DNA of 64,000 bases from Gemmatimonadota bacterium (GTDB lineage: Bacteria > Gemmatimonadota > Gemmatimonadetes > Gemmatimonadales > GWC2-71-9): assembly GCA_039586895.1 (NCBI GenBank), contig JBDHJM010000001.1:8882-72881 (forward strand), read 5' to 3'. Shown piece by piece: positions 20,274 to 27,838 of the stretch; within the stretch, counting starts at the first letter, position 1, and the number at the start of each line of letters is the position of its first letter. The position numbers and the translations under genes are program-made. The notes under the pieces were generated by a model. It made no database searches and was not told the origin of the DNA. It worked only from the letters and a program-made list of their open reading frames with translations.

Positions 20274-20284
20274 GCACGGGGGTG

Positions 20285-21268
20285 TTAGGGAGACTGTGGT
20301 GCGCCGGCACCCGGCCGCCGGATCTGGCGGATGGTGGCCAGGTGCTCCCGGTAGCTGCGGGAGAACAGGTGCCGCCCGTCGGCGCGGGCGACGAAGTAGA
20401 GGTAGTCGCTCTGCGGCGGATAGAGCGTGGCGATGATGCTCGCCACCGAGGACTGCCCGATCGGGCCGGGCGGGAGCCCGTCGATCAGGTACGTGTTGTA
20501 GTCGGAGCTGATCCGCAGGTCGGCGTGCGACAGGCGGCGCCACTCACCCAGGGCGTACACGACCGTCGGGTCGGCCTGCAGCCGCATGCCGCGCTCCAGG
20601 CGGTTGTGGTACACCGATGCCACGAAGGGCCGGTCCTGGTATGCCGGCATCTCACCCTCGACTATCGAAGCGAGCGTGAGGAGCTGGTGTCGCGTCATCC
20701 CCAGTGCCCTGGCGCGCTCGGTCCACTCCGGACGCCAGCGTGCCTCGAACGTGTCTGCCAGCTGGCGCACGATGGTGCGGGCGTCGTCATCCAGTCGCAC
20801 GTGGTACCGGGCAGGCACGATGTAGCCCTCGATGGTCTCGGCCGGACAGCCGAGCGCAGCACGCAGCGCGGAATCGTGCGCTGCCGCTTCGAGGCTCTCG
20901 GCCGGCACGCCGACGGCACGCTCGATGACCTGTGCCACGTCGGCCAACGTGATCCGCTCGCGTATCACCAGCGCCCGCACCGGCGGCGTGCCGCGCCGCA
21001 GGTGAACCAGTACTTCGCCCATCGGCATGCCCGGCCGCAGCGGGTAGAGCCCGGGCTTGATCCCGAGATGCTTGCGCCCCAGGCGGGCGAAGTCCGCAAA
21101 CCGCTCGGCTGACTTCACGACGCCGTAGGCCGCCAGGGTCTCGGCAACGGCCTCGACCGGGACGCTGTCCGGCACCGGCACCCAGACCGCTGGCTGGCCG
21201 CTCGAAACCTCGCACCCGGCCAGCGCCAGCAGCAGCGGCGCCAGCAGGCAGAACCGCACGCTTCGCAT
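20285..21268 (-). CDS. mltG: Endolytic murein transglycosylase MltG (YceG family)
   Basis: Signal/lipobox (LALAGC). ...LTLASIVEGE...VYHNRL..GM.LQADPTV.Y...YNTY...GLPPGPI... Confidence 0.9.
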   Translation of the reverse strand: MRSVRFCLLAPLLLALAGCEVSSGQPAVWVPVPDSVPVEAVAETLAAYGVVKSAERFADFARLGRKHLGIKPGLYPLRPGMPMGEVLVHLRRGTPPVRALVIRERITLADVAQVIERAVGVPAESLEAAAHDSALRAALGCPAETIEGYIVPARYHVRLDDDARTIVRQLADTFEARWRPEWTERARALGMTRHQLLTLASIVEGEMPAYQDRPFVASVYHNRLERGMRLQADPTVVYALGEWRRLSHADLRISSDYNTYLIDGLPPGPIGQSSVASIIATLYPPQSDYLYFVARADGRHLFSRSYREHLATIRQIRRPGAGAPQSP

Positions 21269-21506
21269 GCGCTGAGGCTAGCTCAGGGGCCCGTCACGGG
21301 CGGTGACGTGCCTAACGGCGGGCCGGTGACTGCCCCCGTGTCGGGGAGTTAACTCTCTACGGGACAATGTGTTGACTGACGTGGACCGCGGCTTGAGCGG
21401 GGCTTGGGAGGCGCCGCCTAGCTTGGCTCCAGAAGCTGACGCCAGAGCGCGTCGCAAACGACGGAACGCCCCCCACGACGAGCGGGGCAACTCAAAGGAG
21501 CCAACA

Positions 21507-21695
21507 ATGTCGCGCAAGAAGATGACCTGGATCGCCCTGTTCGTCGTCGCCTTTGGCACCGCCGCCTGCAGCAATGACGTGGCCGGACCCGACTTCAACG
21601 TGGCTGCCGACATCGAGGAGCAGGCAGATCAGGACCTGCAAGACCAGATCGACGCGCTGCGGGAGGCACAGCGGAACCGCAAGCGCCCGAACTAA
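21507..21695 (+). CDS. Small lipoprotein (62 aa) with acidic/coiled tail
   Basis: AAAGGAG 7 nt upstream of ATG 21507. MSRKKMTWIALFVVAFGTAAC (lipobox), then DIEEQADQDLQDQIDALREAQ. Confidence 0.55.
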   Translation: MSRKKMTWIALFVVAFGTAACSNDVAGPDFNVAADIEEQADQDLQDQIDALREAQRNRKRPN

Positions 21696-21759
21696 GGCAG
21701 CAGTCGGGACGGTCTGCAGAGCGAAGCTAGAAGGAACGCAGTTGAGTGAGCGAAGCGTA

Positions 21760-21790
21760 GGGGGCGCCGGGAGGCGCCCCTGCTTCGTTC
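21760..21790. terminator. GC-rich hairpin between convergent genes (possible bidirectional terminator)
   Basis: GGGGCGCC(21761-21768)-GGGA-GGCGCCCC(21773-21780), followed by TGCTTCGTTCT. Confidence 0.5.
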
Positions 21791-21791
21791 T

Positions 21792-23885
21792 CTATCTCAC
21801 GACTCCCACCCGCTCCCGCAGCGGCTCCAGCCAGAACACCCACACCAGAGCCGCGCCGAGCGCGGCAGCCACGAAGGCCTGTATGAGCACGGTCTGGTAC
21901 GTCGGGAAGATTCCGAGCAGCGGCAACGAGGGGAGCCACTCCAACGGGGTGATGGAGATGACGCCCGCCTCCTGCAGCTCGGACACTCCCTTTCCGGCGA
22001 AGCTAAACGCCATCACGTAGAGCAGCGCGCTGGTCCCGATGAAGAACGGCTTGAGCGGCAGCCGCACGCCGAAGCGCTCGATCGCGAAGTAGACCAGAGC
22101 GAGTGCCGCAACGCCGACTGCCATTCCCGCCACGATGCCGCCCGTTGCCGCCGCGGTGCCGTCCGAAGTCGTGAACAGCGCGGCGTAGAACAGCACGGTC
22201 TCGAACCCCTCGCGGTACACCGCGAGGAACGCCACCGCCGCGAGAGCCCATGCGCTGCGGCTCGTGAGCGCGCGGGACATCTGCGTGCTCACGAAGTGCT
22301 GCCACTTGCGCAGCTCGACCTTGGAGATGAGCCAGTAGGAGACCCAGAACAGCACGGCGGCCGCAACCAGCATCGTCACGCCTTCGAGCACTTCCTGCTG
22401 CGCCGGTGCGCTGCGAAACACCGTGGCGAATCCGACCGCAGTGAGCAGACTGGCTCCGAGCGCCGCTAACACGCCGAGCCCGATCTCGCGGCGCCGCTCC
22501 GCCGCCCCAGCCTTCACGAGGAAGGCCACCAGCGCCCCGATGATCAGGATCGCCTCGAGTCCCTCGCGCAGCATTATCACGAGCGACTGCCCGAACAGAA
22601 GCGAGGGCGACGCCCGCGCCGTCAGCACGCCCGCCGCTTCGTCTAGTGCGGAATCCACCGCCCCGCGTCTCGCCGTGAGCCGCGCTTCGTCAGCGCCGCT
22701 CTCGATGGCGCCACGCAGCCCGGCAAACGCCTGCTCCACTCGGCGCGAGGCACCGGCGTCGCGCGCCCTCACCGCGCTCTCGATAGCCTCGAACTCGAGG
22801 TACGCATCGAGCGCGAGACGGCGGGCCGCGTCGGTCTCTCCCTCCAGTGCGGCATCGACCGCCCTGCCCGCGAGCTCCCCGCTCTGCCGCACCACGCGCT
22901 GCGTCCTCAGCCTGCGGTCGCCGCCCAGCTCCTCGACCGACCCGGCCACACGGGCGTACGCAACGATCGCGACGAGAGCCGAGTCGTCGTGCGATATCCC
23001 GCTGGGGCCGGCGAGTGCGGCGCCCAGCGAATCGTCGTTCAGCAATGCCGTGGCGTGGAAGTCGCTCACCAGCAGGGCGCAGTCGAGACAGCGCTCGGAC
23101 AGCTCCACCGCGCCGGCCGCGGCAAGGACAGGCGATGCGCGCAGCCTGCTGGCGTAGAGCGCCAGAGCCCAGCGGTCGTCGAGCTCGATCCGGTCGGCGA
23201 ACCCCGGCATGGCCGTACCGGCCACACCGACGTTGATCTTGCGGAAGAAGTCCACAGGAGCGGTCGATCGAAGTGCGCCACGGTCGGCCAGGTCTGCGGG
23301 CGGCGGATCCATGCCCGCGGCGAGCGCGCCGTCGCCGGAGCCGTCCGCCCCGTGGCACGACGCGCAGTACTGCCGGTACAGGCGCTCGCCGCGCGCGAGC
23401 GAAGGCGGGTCTGTGGGAAGCGGGTCGAGCGCGACGCCGACCGACTTCTCCAGCACGGCACGCAGCTGGGCCAGCTCACCGCGCAGCCGGCCCACCGGTG
23501 CCAGCTCGTTCACGCCGCCCGCGATGCGCTCCAGGTGCTGCAGCGCAGCATCACGGGCAGGGGCGTCGAGCCCGGCCGCGCTGCGGCGTGCCTCTTCGAG
23601 GAACAGGACGGCCTCAGAAAGCTCCTCCTGCGACACGATCTCCCCGTCTGTGACACCCTCCGCGTACTCCGCCAGCGCGATGGAGGCGACGTCGGCGATA
23701 CGGCGTGCCAGTGCCGCGGCTTCCTGCTGTGCCCCGCCGGGGCGCGGTGCCAGGCTGCCCAGAGCGAGCAGGCATATGAGGAGCGTGCTGCGAGGTGATA
23801 CCACGACCCGGCGTCCAATCCTTCGGTGAGTGTGCAGTCCGGCGGAACGGCGGCGGAATCTAGACAGGACCAGTCGGGATTGCAA
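21792..23885 (-). CDS. Cytochrome c / FTR1-family iron permease fusion
   Basis: Signal peptide, a long helical periplasmic region and a heme-binding CASCH motif. The C-terminal polytopic domain carries two REGxE motifs (LREGLEAIL, YREGFETVL). Start position uncertain. Confidence 0.85.
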   Translation of the reverse strand: MQSRLVLSRFRRRSAGLHTHRRIGRRVVVSPRSTLLICLLALGSLAPRPGGAQQEAAALARRIADVASIALAEYAEGVTDGEIVSQEELSEAVLFLEEARRSAAGLDAPARDAALQHLERIAGGVNELAPVGRLRGELAQLRAVLEKSVGVALDPLPTDPPSLARGERLYRQYCASCHGADGSGDGALAAGMDPPPADLADRGALRSTAPVDFFRKINVGVAGTAMPGFADRIELDDRWALALYASRLRASPVLAAAGAVELSERCLDCALLVSDFHATALLNDDSLGAALAGPSGISHDDSALVAIVAYARVAGSVEELGGDRRLRTQRVVRQSGELAGRAVDAALEGETDAARRLALDAYLEFEAIESAVRARDAGASRRVEQAFAGLRGAIESGADEARLTARRGAVDSALDEAAGVLTARASPSLLFGQSLVIMLREGLEAILIIGALVAFLVKAGAAERRREIGLGVLAALGASLLTAVGFATVFRSAPAQQEVLEGVTMLVAAAVLFWVSYWLISKVELRKWQHFVSTQMSRALTSRSAWALAAVAFLAVYREGFETVLFYAALFTTSDGTAAATGGIVAGMAVGVAALALVYFAIERFGVRLPLKPFFIGTSALLYVMAFSFAGKGVSELQEAGVISITPLEWLPSLPLLGIFPTYQTVLIQAFVAAALGAALVWVFWLEPLRERVGVVR

Positions 23886-23913
23886 ACCACGTCAACTTCC
23901 CGGCGCGGCGCTG

Positions 23914-24297
23914 CTACCCCAGCAGCACCACGACGGCCGCGGCCTGCGTCTCCGTGTGTGTGAGGGATACCATCATCGAGGCCACCCCGAGCCTCTCGGC
24001 CACGTCCCTGGCGCGCTCGTGGAACAGCAGTGTGGGGCGGCCGTCGGCGCGGCGCGCCACCTCGACCTCGCGACACCCGATCCAGCCGGTCTCGCCGTCC
24101 TGGTTCAGGGCCTTGAATGCCGCTTCCTTGGCCGCGAGGCGCGCCGCCACGTGGCGCGCCGGGACTGCCTGGGCGAGGCAATACTCCCGCTCGCCGTCAG
24201 TGAGCAGCCGCTTGAAAGCCAGCTCGCCCTTGTCCTCCAGCATGCTCGCGATGCGCGGGACGTCGACCAGGTCGATGCCGATCCCCAGATGGCTCAC
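23914..24297 (-). CDS. acpS: Holo-[acyl-carrier-protein] synthase
   Basis: GIGIDLVDVPRI...FTDGEREYC...RLAAKEAAFKAL... GTG 24297 overlaps the upstream gene stop (GTGA). Only the last 127 aa of the 326-aa track ORF are AcpS-like. Confidence 0.9.
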   Translation of the reverse strand: MSHLGIGIDLVDVPRIASMLEDKGELAFKRLLTDGEREYCLAQAVPARHVAARLAAKEAAFKALNQDGETGWIGCREVEVARRADGRPTLLFHERARDVAERLGVASMMVSLTHTETQAAAVVVLLG

Positions 24298-25037
24298 GGA
24301 CCGAACACCGTCCCCCAGGCGGCGGCGAGCCATCCCGGAGCGTCCACGTAGCCGCCAAACACCAGTCCGAGCCACACCGCCACGGCGAGCGCGGCAGCGC
24401 CGGCCGCGGCCACGGGCCAGAGCGGACGGCGCCAGCGGGACACTCCCTCCCCGACCCGATCCCAGCGGAACACCTCTGCAGCGACTCCCTTCTCGAGCTC
24501 GAGCCACGCCGCCTCCAGGCGCCGCGCTGCCAGCGTCAGTGCGTCCTGCCACGCGCCCACTTCCCCGCGCTCGGGAGACGTTGCACCGAGTGCCGACGCC
24601 GCCCGCTCCTCGAGCTGATCCAGTGCGGGAATCAGCTCGACACCTGCGGTCCCGAACCGGGCCGCCATGGCACCCTGGCGCGACGCGTCCTCCACCAGCT
24701 CGATCCGGATCCGCTGTGGCATTCCGACCGCGAGCGCCTCCGCCTCGAGTCGCGCCGTCACCCGCTCCACGACCAGCTCGGCGGCTCCCGCCACGGCCTC
24801 GTCCCAGGCTTCCATCCACGCGGCCCGACCCAGCGTGGCGAGCGCGGCCTGGCGCTCGTCGCGCGCGGCTAGCCGGCGTGCCTCGCCCGCGCACTCTATC
24901 ACCCGCGTGGCGAGCCGGTACCGGGGGACCTCCATCTCGATTCCGCCGGGATCGCTCCCCGTGCCGGTCACCAGCTTCCCCAGGTAGGGCCCGAGCTCCG
25001 GCACGCGCAGGGGAACGAGCAGCCGGGGACTGGTCAT
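24294..25037 (-). CDS. Hypothetical protein, helical, C-terminal membrane anchor
   Basis: ATG 25037 overlaps the HAD gene stop (ATGA). 247 aa, Ala/Glu/Arg-rich helices. C-terminal TM PLWPVAAAGAAALAVAVWLGLVFGG. No family recognised. Confidence 0.55.
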   Translation of the reverse strand: MTSPRLLVPLRVPELGPYLGKLVTGTGSDPGGIEMEVPRYRLATRVIECAGEARRLAARDERQAALATLGRAAWMEAWDEAVAGAAELVVERVTARLEAEALAVGMPQRIRIELVEDASRQGAMAARFGTAGVELIPALDQLEERAASALGATSPERGEVGAWQDALTLAARRLEAAWLELEKGVAAEVFRWDRVGEGVSRWRRPLWPVAAAGAAALAVAVWLGLVFGGYVDAPGWLAAAWGTVFGP

Positions 25038-25729
25038 GCGTATATCGCCTCGATCACCGGTTCGGGATCGGAGAAGTCCTCGAACACGGCATAGCCGCCA
25101 GAGTCTTCGAGCTCTTGCACCGAGTGCCACCCCGTTGCGACACCGATGGCCCGGGCGCCAACGCCGTCGCCGCACGTCATGTCGGCGGGTGTGTCTCCCA
25201 CGATTATGACTTCCTCGCCGTGCGGCACCCTTCCCATCAGCTGCGCGGCCCGTGCGGCGGCGATGGGCGGCAGCTCCGAGCGCACCGCGTGGTCGGAGCC
25301 GTACGCCCCTAGCTTGAAGCGCGACAGGTCCACCCCCGCCGCACCGAGCTTGAGCCGCGCACCGTCCTCGACGTTTCCGGTGAGCAGTCCCACCAGCGCG
25401 TCGTTGTGTTCGTCCAGGATGTCCAGCAGCCGGGCCACACCGGGGAACAGTCTGATCTCGCTGCGGCGCTCGGCCAGCGCGTCGCCCAGCAGCTCCACGT
25501 AGCGCCGGCACACCGCCTGCACGTGCTCCTCACTCTCCGCGTGGGGGTGCTCGGCCAGCTGCATCAGCTCGATCACTATTTGCGGATCGGTCTTTCCCTC
25601 GAAGCGGTAACCGTCGATCGGGCCCGTCGCTCCCATCTCTTCCAGCAGGGCCTGGCCGATGGCCGAGCGTCCCGCGCCCGCCGTCCAGACGAGGGTGCCG
25701 TCAATGTCGAAGAGAACCAGCTTCTTCAT
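25034..25729 (-). CDS. HAD-superfamily hydrolase (phosphoglycolate phosphatase-like, subfamily IA)
   Basis: MKKLVLFDIDGTLV (motif I), LLTGN (motif II), ...IVGDTPADM... Confidence 0.85.
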   Translation of the reverse strand: MKKLVLFDIDGTLVWTAGAGRSAIGQALLEEMGATGPIDGYRFEGKTDPQIVIELMQLAEHPHAESEEHVQAVCRRYVELLGDALAERRSEIRLFPGVARLLDILDEHNDALVGLLTGNVEDGARLKLGAAGVDLSRFKLGAYGSDHAVRSELPPIAAARAAQLMGRVPHGEEVIIVGDTPADMTCGDGVGARAIGVATGWHSVQELEDSGGYAVFEDFSDPEPVIEAIYA

Positions 25730-25730
25730 C

Positions 25731-26693
25731 TCACTCCGCCAGCCCGGGGACGCCCCCGAGCCCGGTTGCAGCGCGCACTGCGCGCTCGATTGCCGCTGCC
25801 GCCGCGTCCTGCGCCAGCACTTCCACGGTCAGCGGTGCGGCGCCCTCCAGCTGTCCCGTGCTCACGGCGAACACCACGTCCCCGTCGAACTGCGTACCGA
25901 CCGGTGTGATGCGCCGCGCGAGTGCGTCGGCCGCCATATCGGCGACGCCGGCCAGCTGCGTCCGCTCCAAAGCTGCGTTCGTCGCAGTCACGACCAGCGT
26001 GGTGTTGGCACCGGGCCGCGCAAACGACCCGCCGGCCGGGACGCCGTCTGCCAGCAACGCGCGGGCATCCACGAAGCTCCCATCCCTGCGCGCGCCGGCC
26101 ACGATGCTGCCGGCCGCGTCGCGCACGTCTCCGAACGCATTGACTACCGCGAGCGCGCCCACCACCAGGTCGCCGCGCCGCTCGGCCCACGTGCCGACTC
26201 CGCCCTTCATAGCGCCCTCGATGCCCAGCACCTTGCCCACCGTCGCACCGGTCCCGGCTCCCACCGAACCCTCCTCGACCGCGGTCGCCGCTGCATCGCA
26301 TGCCGCGTACCCGTCTTCCGGTCCGGGCCACGCGTCGGCCCGGCCCAGTGCCAGGTCGAACACGACGGCGGCGGGCACGATGGGCACGACGCCCACCTGC
26401 ACGTCGAAGCCGCGTCCCCGCTCGGCGAGCCAGCGCATCACCCCGTCGGCGGCGCCAAGTCCGAACGCGGAGCCTCCCGTGAGCAGAATGGCGTGGATTC
26501 CGGGAACGAGGTGACGCGGCGAGAGCGCGTCGAGCTCGCGTGTGCCGGTTGCGCGGCCGCGCACGGCCGCCGCTGCGGCCATGCCCTCGGGCGGTCCCAG
26601 CACGACCGTGCAGCCGGTTCCGGCTTCCCTGTCCGTAGCGTGCCCGACCGTGAGGCCCCGCACGCCGGTCAGCGCGGGCGCCGGATCGCCCAT
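25731..26693 (-). CDS. Peptidase family S58/P1 (DmpA-like aminopeptidase)
   Basis: GLTVGHATD...TGCTVVL...LLTGGSAFGL...GAGTGATVGK...NTTLVVTATNA... Confidence 0.85.
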   Translation of the reverse strand: MGDPAPALTGVRGLTVGHATDREAGTGCTVVLGPPEGMAAAAAVRGRATGTRELDALSPRHLVPGIHAILLTGGSAFGLGAADGVMRWLAERGRGFDVQVGVVPIVPAAVVFDLALGRADAWPGPEDGYAACDAAATAVEEGSVGAGTGATVGKVLGIEGAMKGGVGTWAERRGDLVVGALAVVNAFGDVRDAAGSIVAGARRDGSFVDARALLADGVPAGGSFARPGANTTLVVTATNAALERTQLAGVADMAADALARRITPVGTQFDGDVVFAVSTGQLEGAAPLTVEVLAQDAAAAAIERAVRAATGLGGVPGLAE

Positions 26694-26694
26694 G

Positions 26695-26865
26695 CTACGA
26701 GCCGCCCTCCTTGGCCTGGCATTCCTTGCAGAGCGTAACCCCCCGCATCGAGCAGATGAGGCAGACGAACGTGCCGCATCCGTCGCAAGGGTACCCCTCG
26801 GACGCCCGCTCCTCGTTGCCGCATGCGCGGCATACCATGACGTCCTTCTCCTTGAGCTCGGCCAT
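26695..26865 (-). CDS. Unannotated 56-aa Cys-rich protein (four CxxC pairs)
   Basis: GAGGAGG upstream of ATG 26865. MAELKEKDVMVCRACGNEERASEGYPCDGCGTFVCLICSMRGVTLCKECQAKEGGS. Its stop lies 1 nt before the DmpA start. Confidence 0.55.
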   Translation of the reverse strand: MAELKEKDVMVCRACGNEERASEGYPCDGCGTFVCLICSMRGVTLCKECQAKEGGS

Positions 26866-26944
26866 CAGCACCTCCTCGGCTCGGGGCTCGCAGGCCGTGT
26901 CTCCTGTAAGAAGCCTGCCGCACTCGTGTGGGCGCAAGGCGGTA

Positions 26945-27838
26945 TCATTGGGGCACCACCACGGAGACGGCTCCCGGTACGATATCGGCCGTGAACGGCG
27001 TTTCGCCGCACGGCTCACCGTCCAGCTGCACCGGACGCGGCGTATCCGTCTCGATCGTGACGGACTTGCCGCGCACGAACAGCACCCGCTCGCCGCCGTG
27101 TCCCAGGCCCGTGATGATGCGGAACACCACGTCCACGCCCTCCGCCACGTTCTTGGCGTTGAGCACCACGACATCGAACAGCCCATCGTCGAACAGGATG
27201 TCCTGCTTGAGCCGCACCAGGGGCGGGATGATCAGGCCGCAGTTCGCCACCAGCACCGTCGCGGCGTCGGCCTCGAAGGTCTCTCCATCTACGGTGATCC
27301 GGTGGTGCACCACCTTGAGCCGGCGCACCAGCAGGTCCCACGCCCGTGCCACGTATGCGCCCATGCCCCAGCGCCGCTTGGCGGCGCCCGTAGTCACGGC
27401 CATCAACTCCGCGTCCACACCTGCGCCGGCCGCCACCGCGAAGTACGTGGCCGCGCCGCGGCATTCCATCTGTCCCAAGTCGATGCGGCGCGGCGTGCCC
27501 CTCATGGCGATCTTGGCCGCCTTCTTCGGATCACGCGGCAGCTTCAAATTGCCGGCCAACAGGTTGCCGGTGCCTCCCGGAATCAGCCCCACCGGTATGT
27601 CGGAGCCCACGATGCCGCGCATCGCCTGCATCGTCGTACCGTCACCCCCGTACACGGCGATGAGATCCACGCCGGTGTCCACACCCATGCGCGCCAGGTC
27701 TTCGGCGTGGCCCGGTGTGTTGGTGCCGGCCACGTCGAGATTCCACCCCTCCTTGGTGAACACCCGGCTCACCACGGATACGACTTCCGGATCTGTCCGG
27801 GCCGCGACGGGATTGAAGATGAGGAGGGCTCGCGCCAC
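26945..27838 (-). CDS. Diacylglycerol/lipid kinase family protein (YegS/BmrU-like)
   Basis: ALLIFNPVAA...LIAVYGGDGT...GLIPGGTGN.LA..L. GTG 27838 shares 1 nt with the tamB stop. Confidence 0.85.
   Translation of the reverse strand: MARALLIFNPVAARTDPEVVSVVSRVFTKEGWNLDVAGTNTPGHAEDLARMGVDTGVDLIAVYGGDGTTMQAMRGIVGSDIPVGLIPGGTGNLLAGNLKLPRDPKKAAKIAMRGTPRRIDLGQMECRGAATYFAVAAGAGVDAELMAVTTGAAKRRWGMGAYVARAWDLLVRRLKVVHHRITVDGETFEADAATVLVANCGLIIPPLVRLKQDILFDDGLFDVVVLNAKNVAEGVDVVFRIITGLGHGGERVLFVRGKSVTIETDTPRPVQLDGEPCGETPFTADIVPGAVSVVVPQ

Noticed and set aside
23914-24894. 326-aa ORF taken at face value as a long AcpS
   Set aside because: Only the C-terminal 127 aa are AcpS-like. The upstream part is Arg/Gly-rich shadow sequence overlapping the real hypothetical gene (24294-25037) in another frame. 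GTG 24297 gives a normal-length AcpS with a GTGA overlap.
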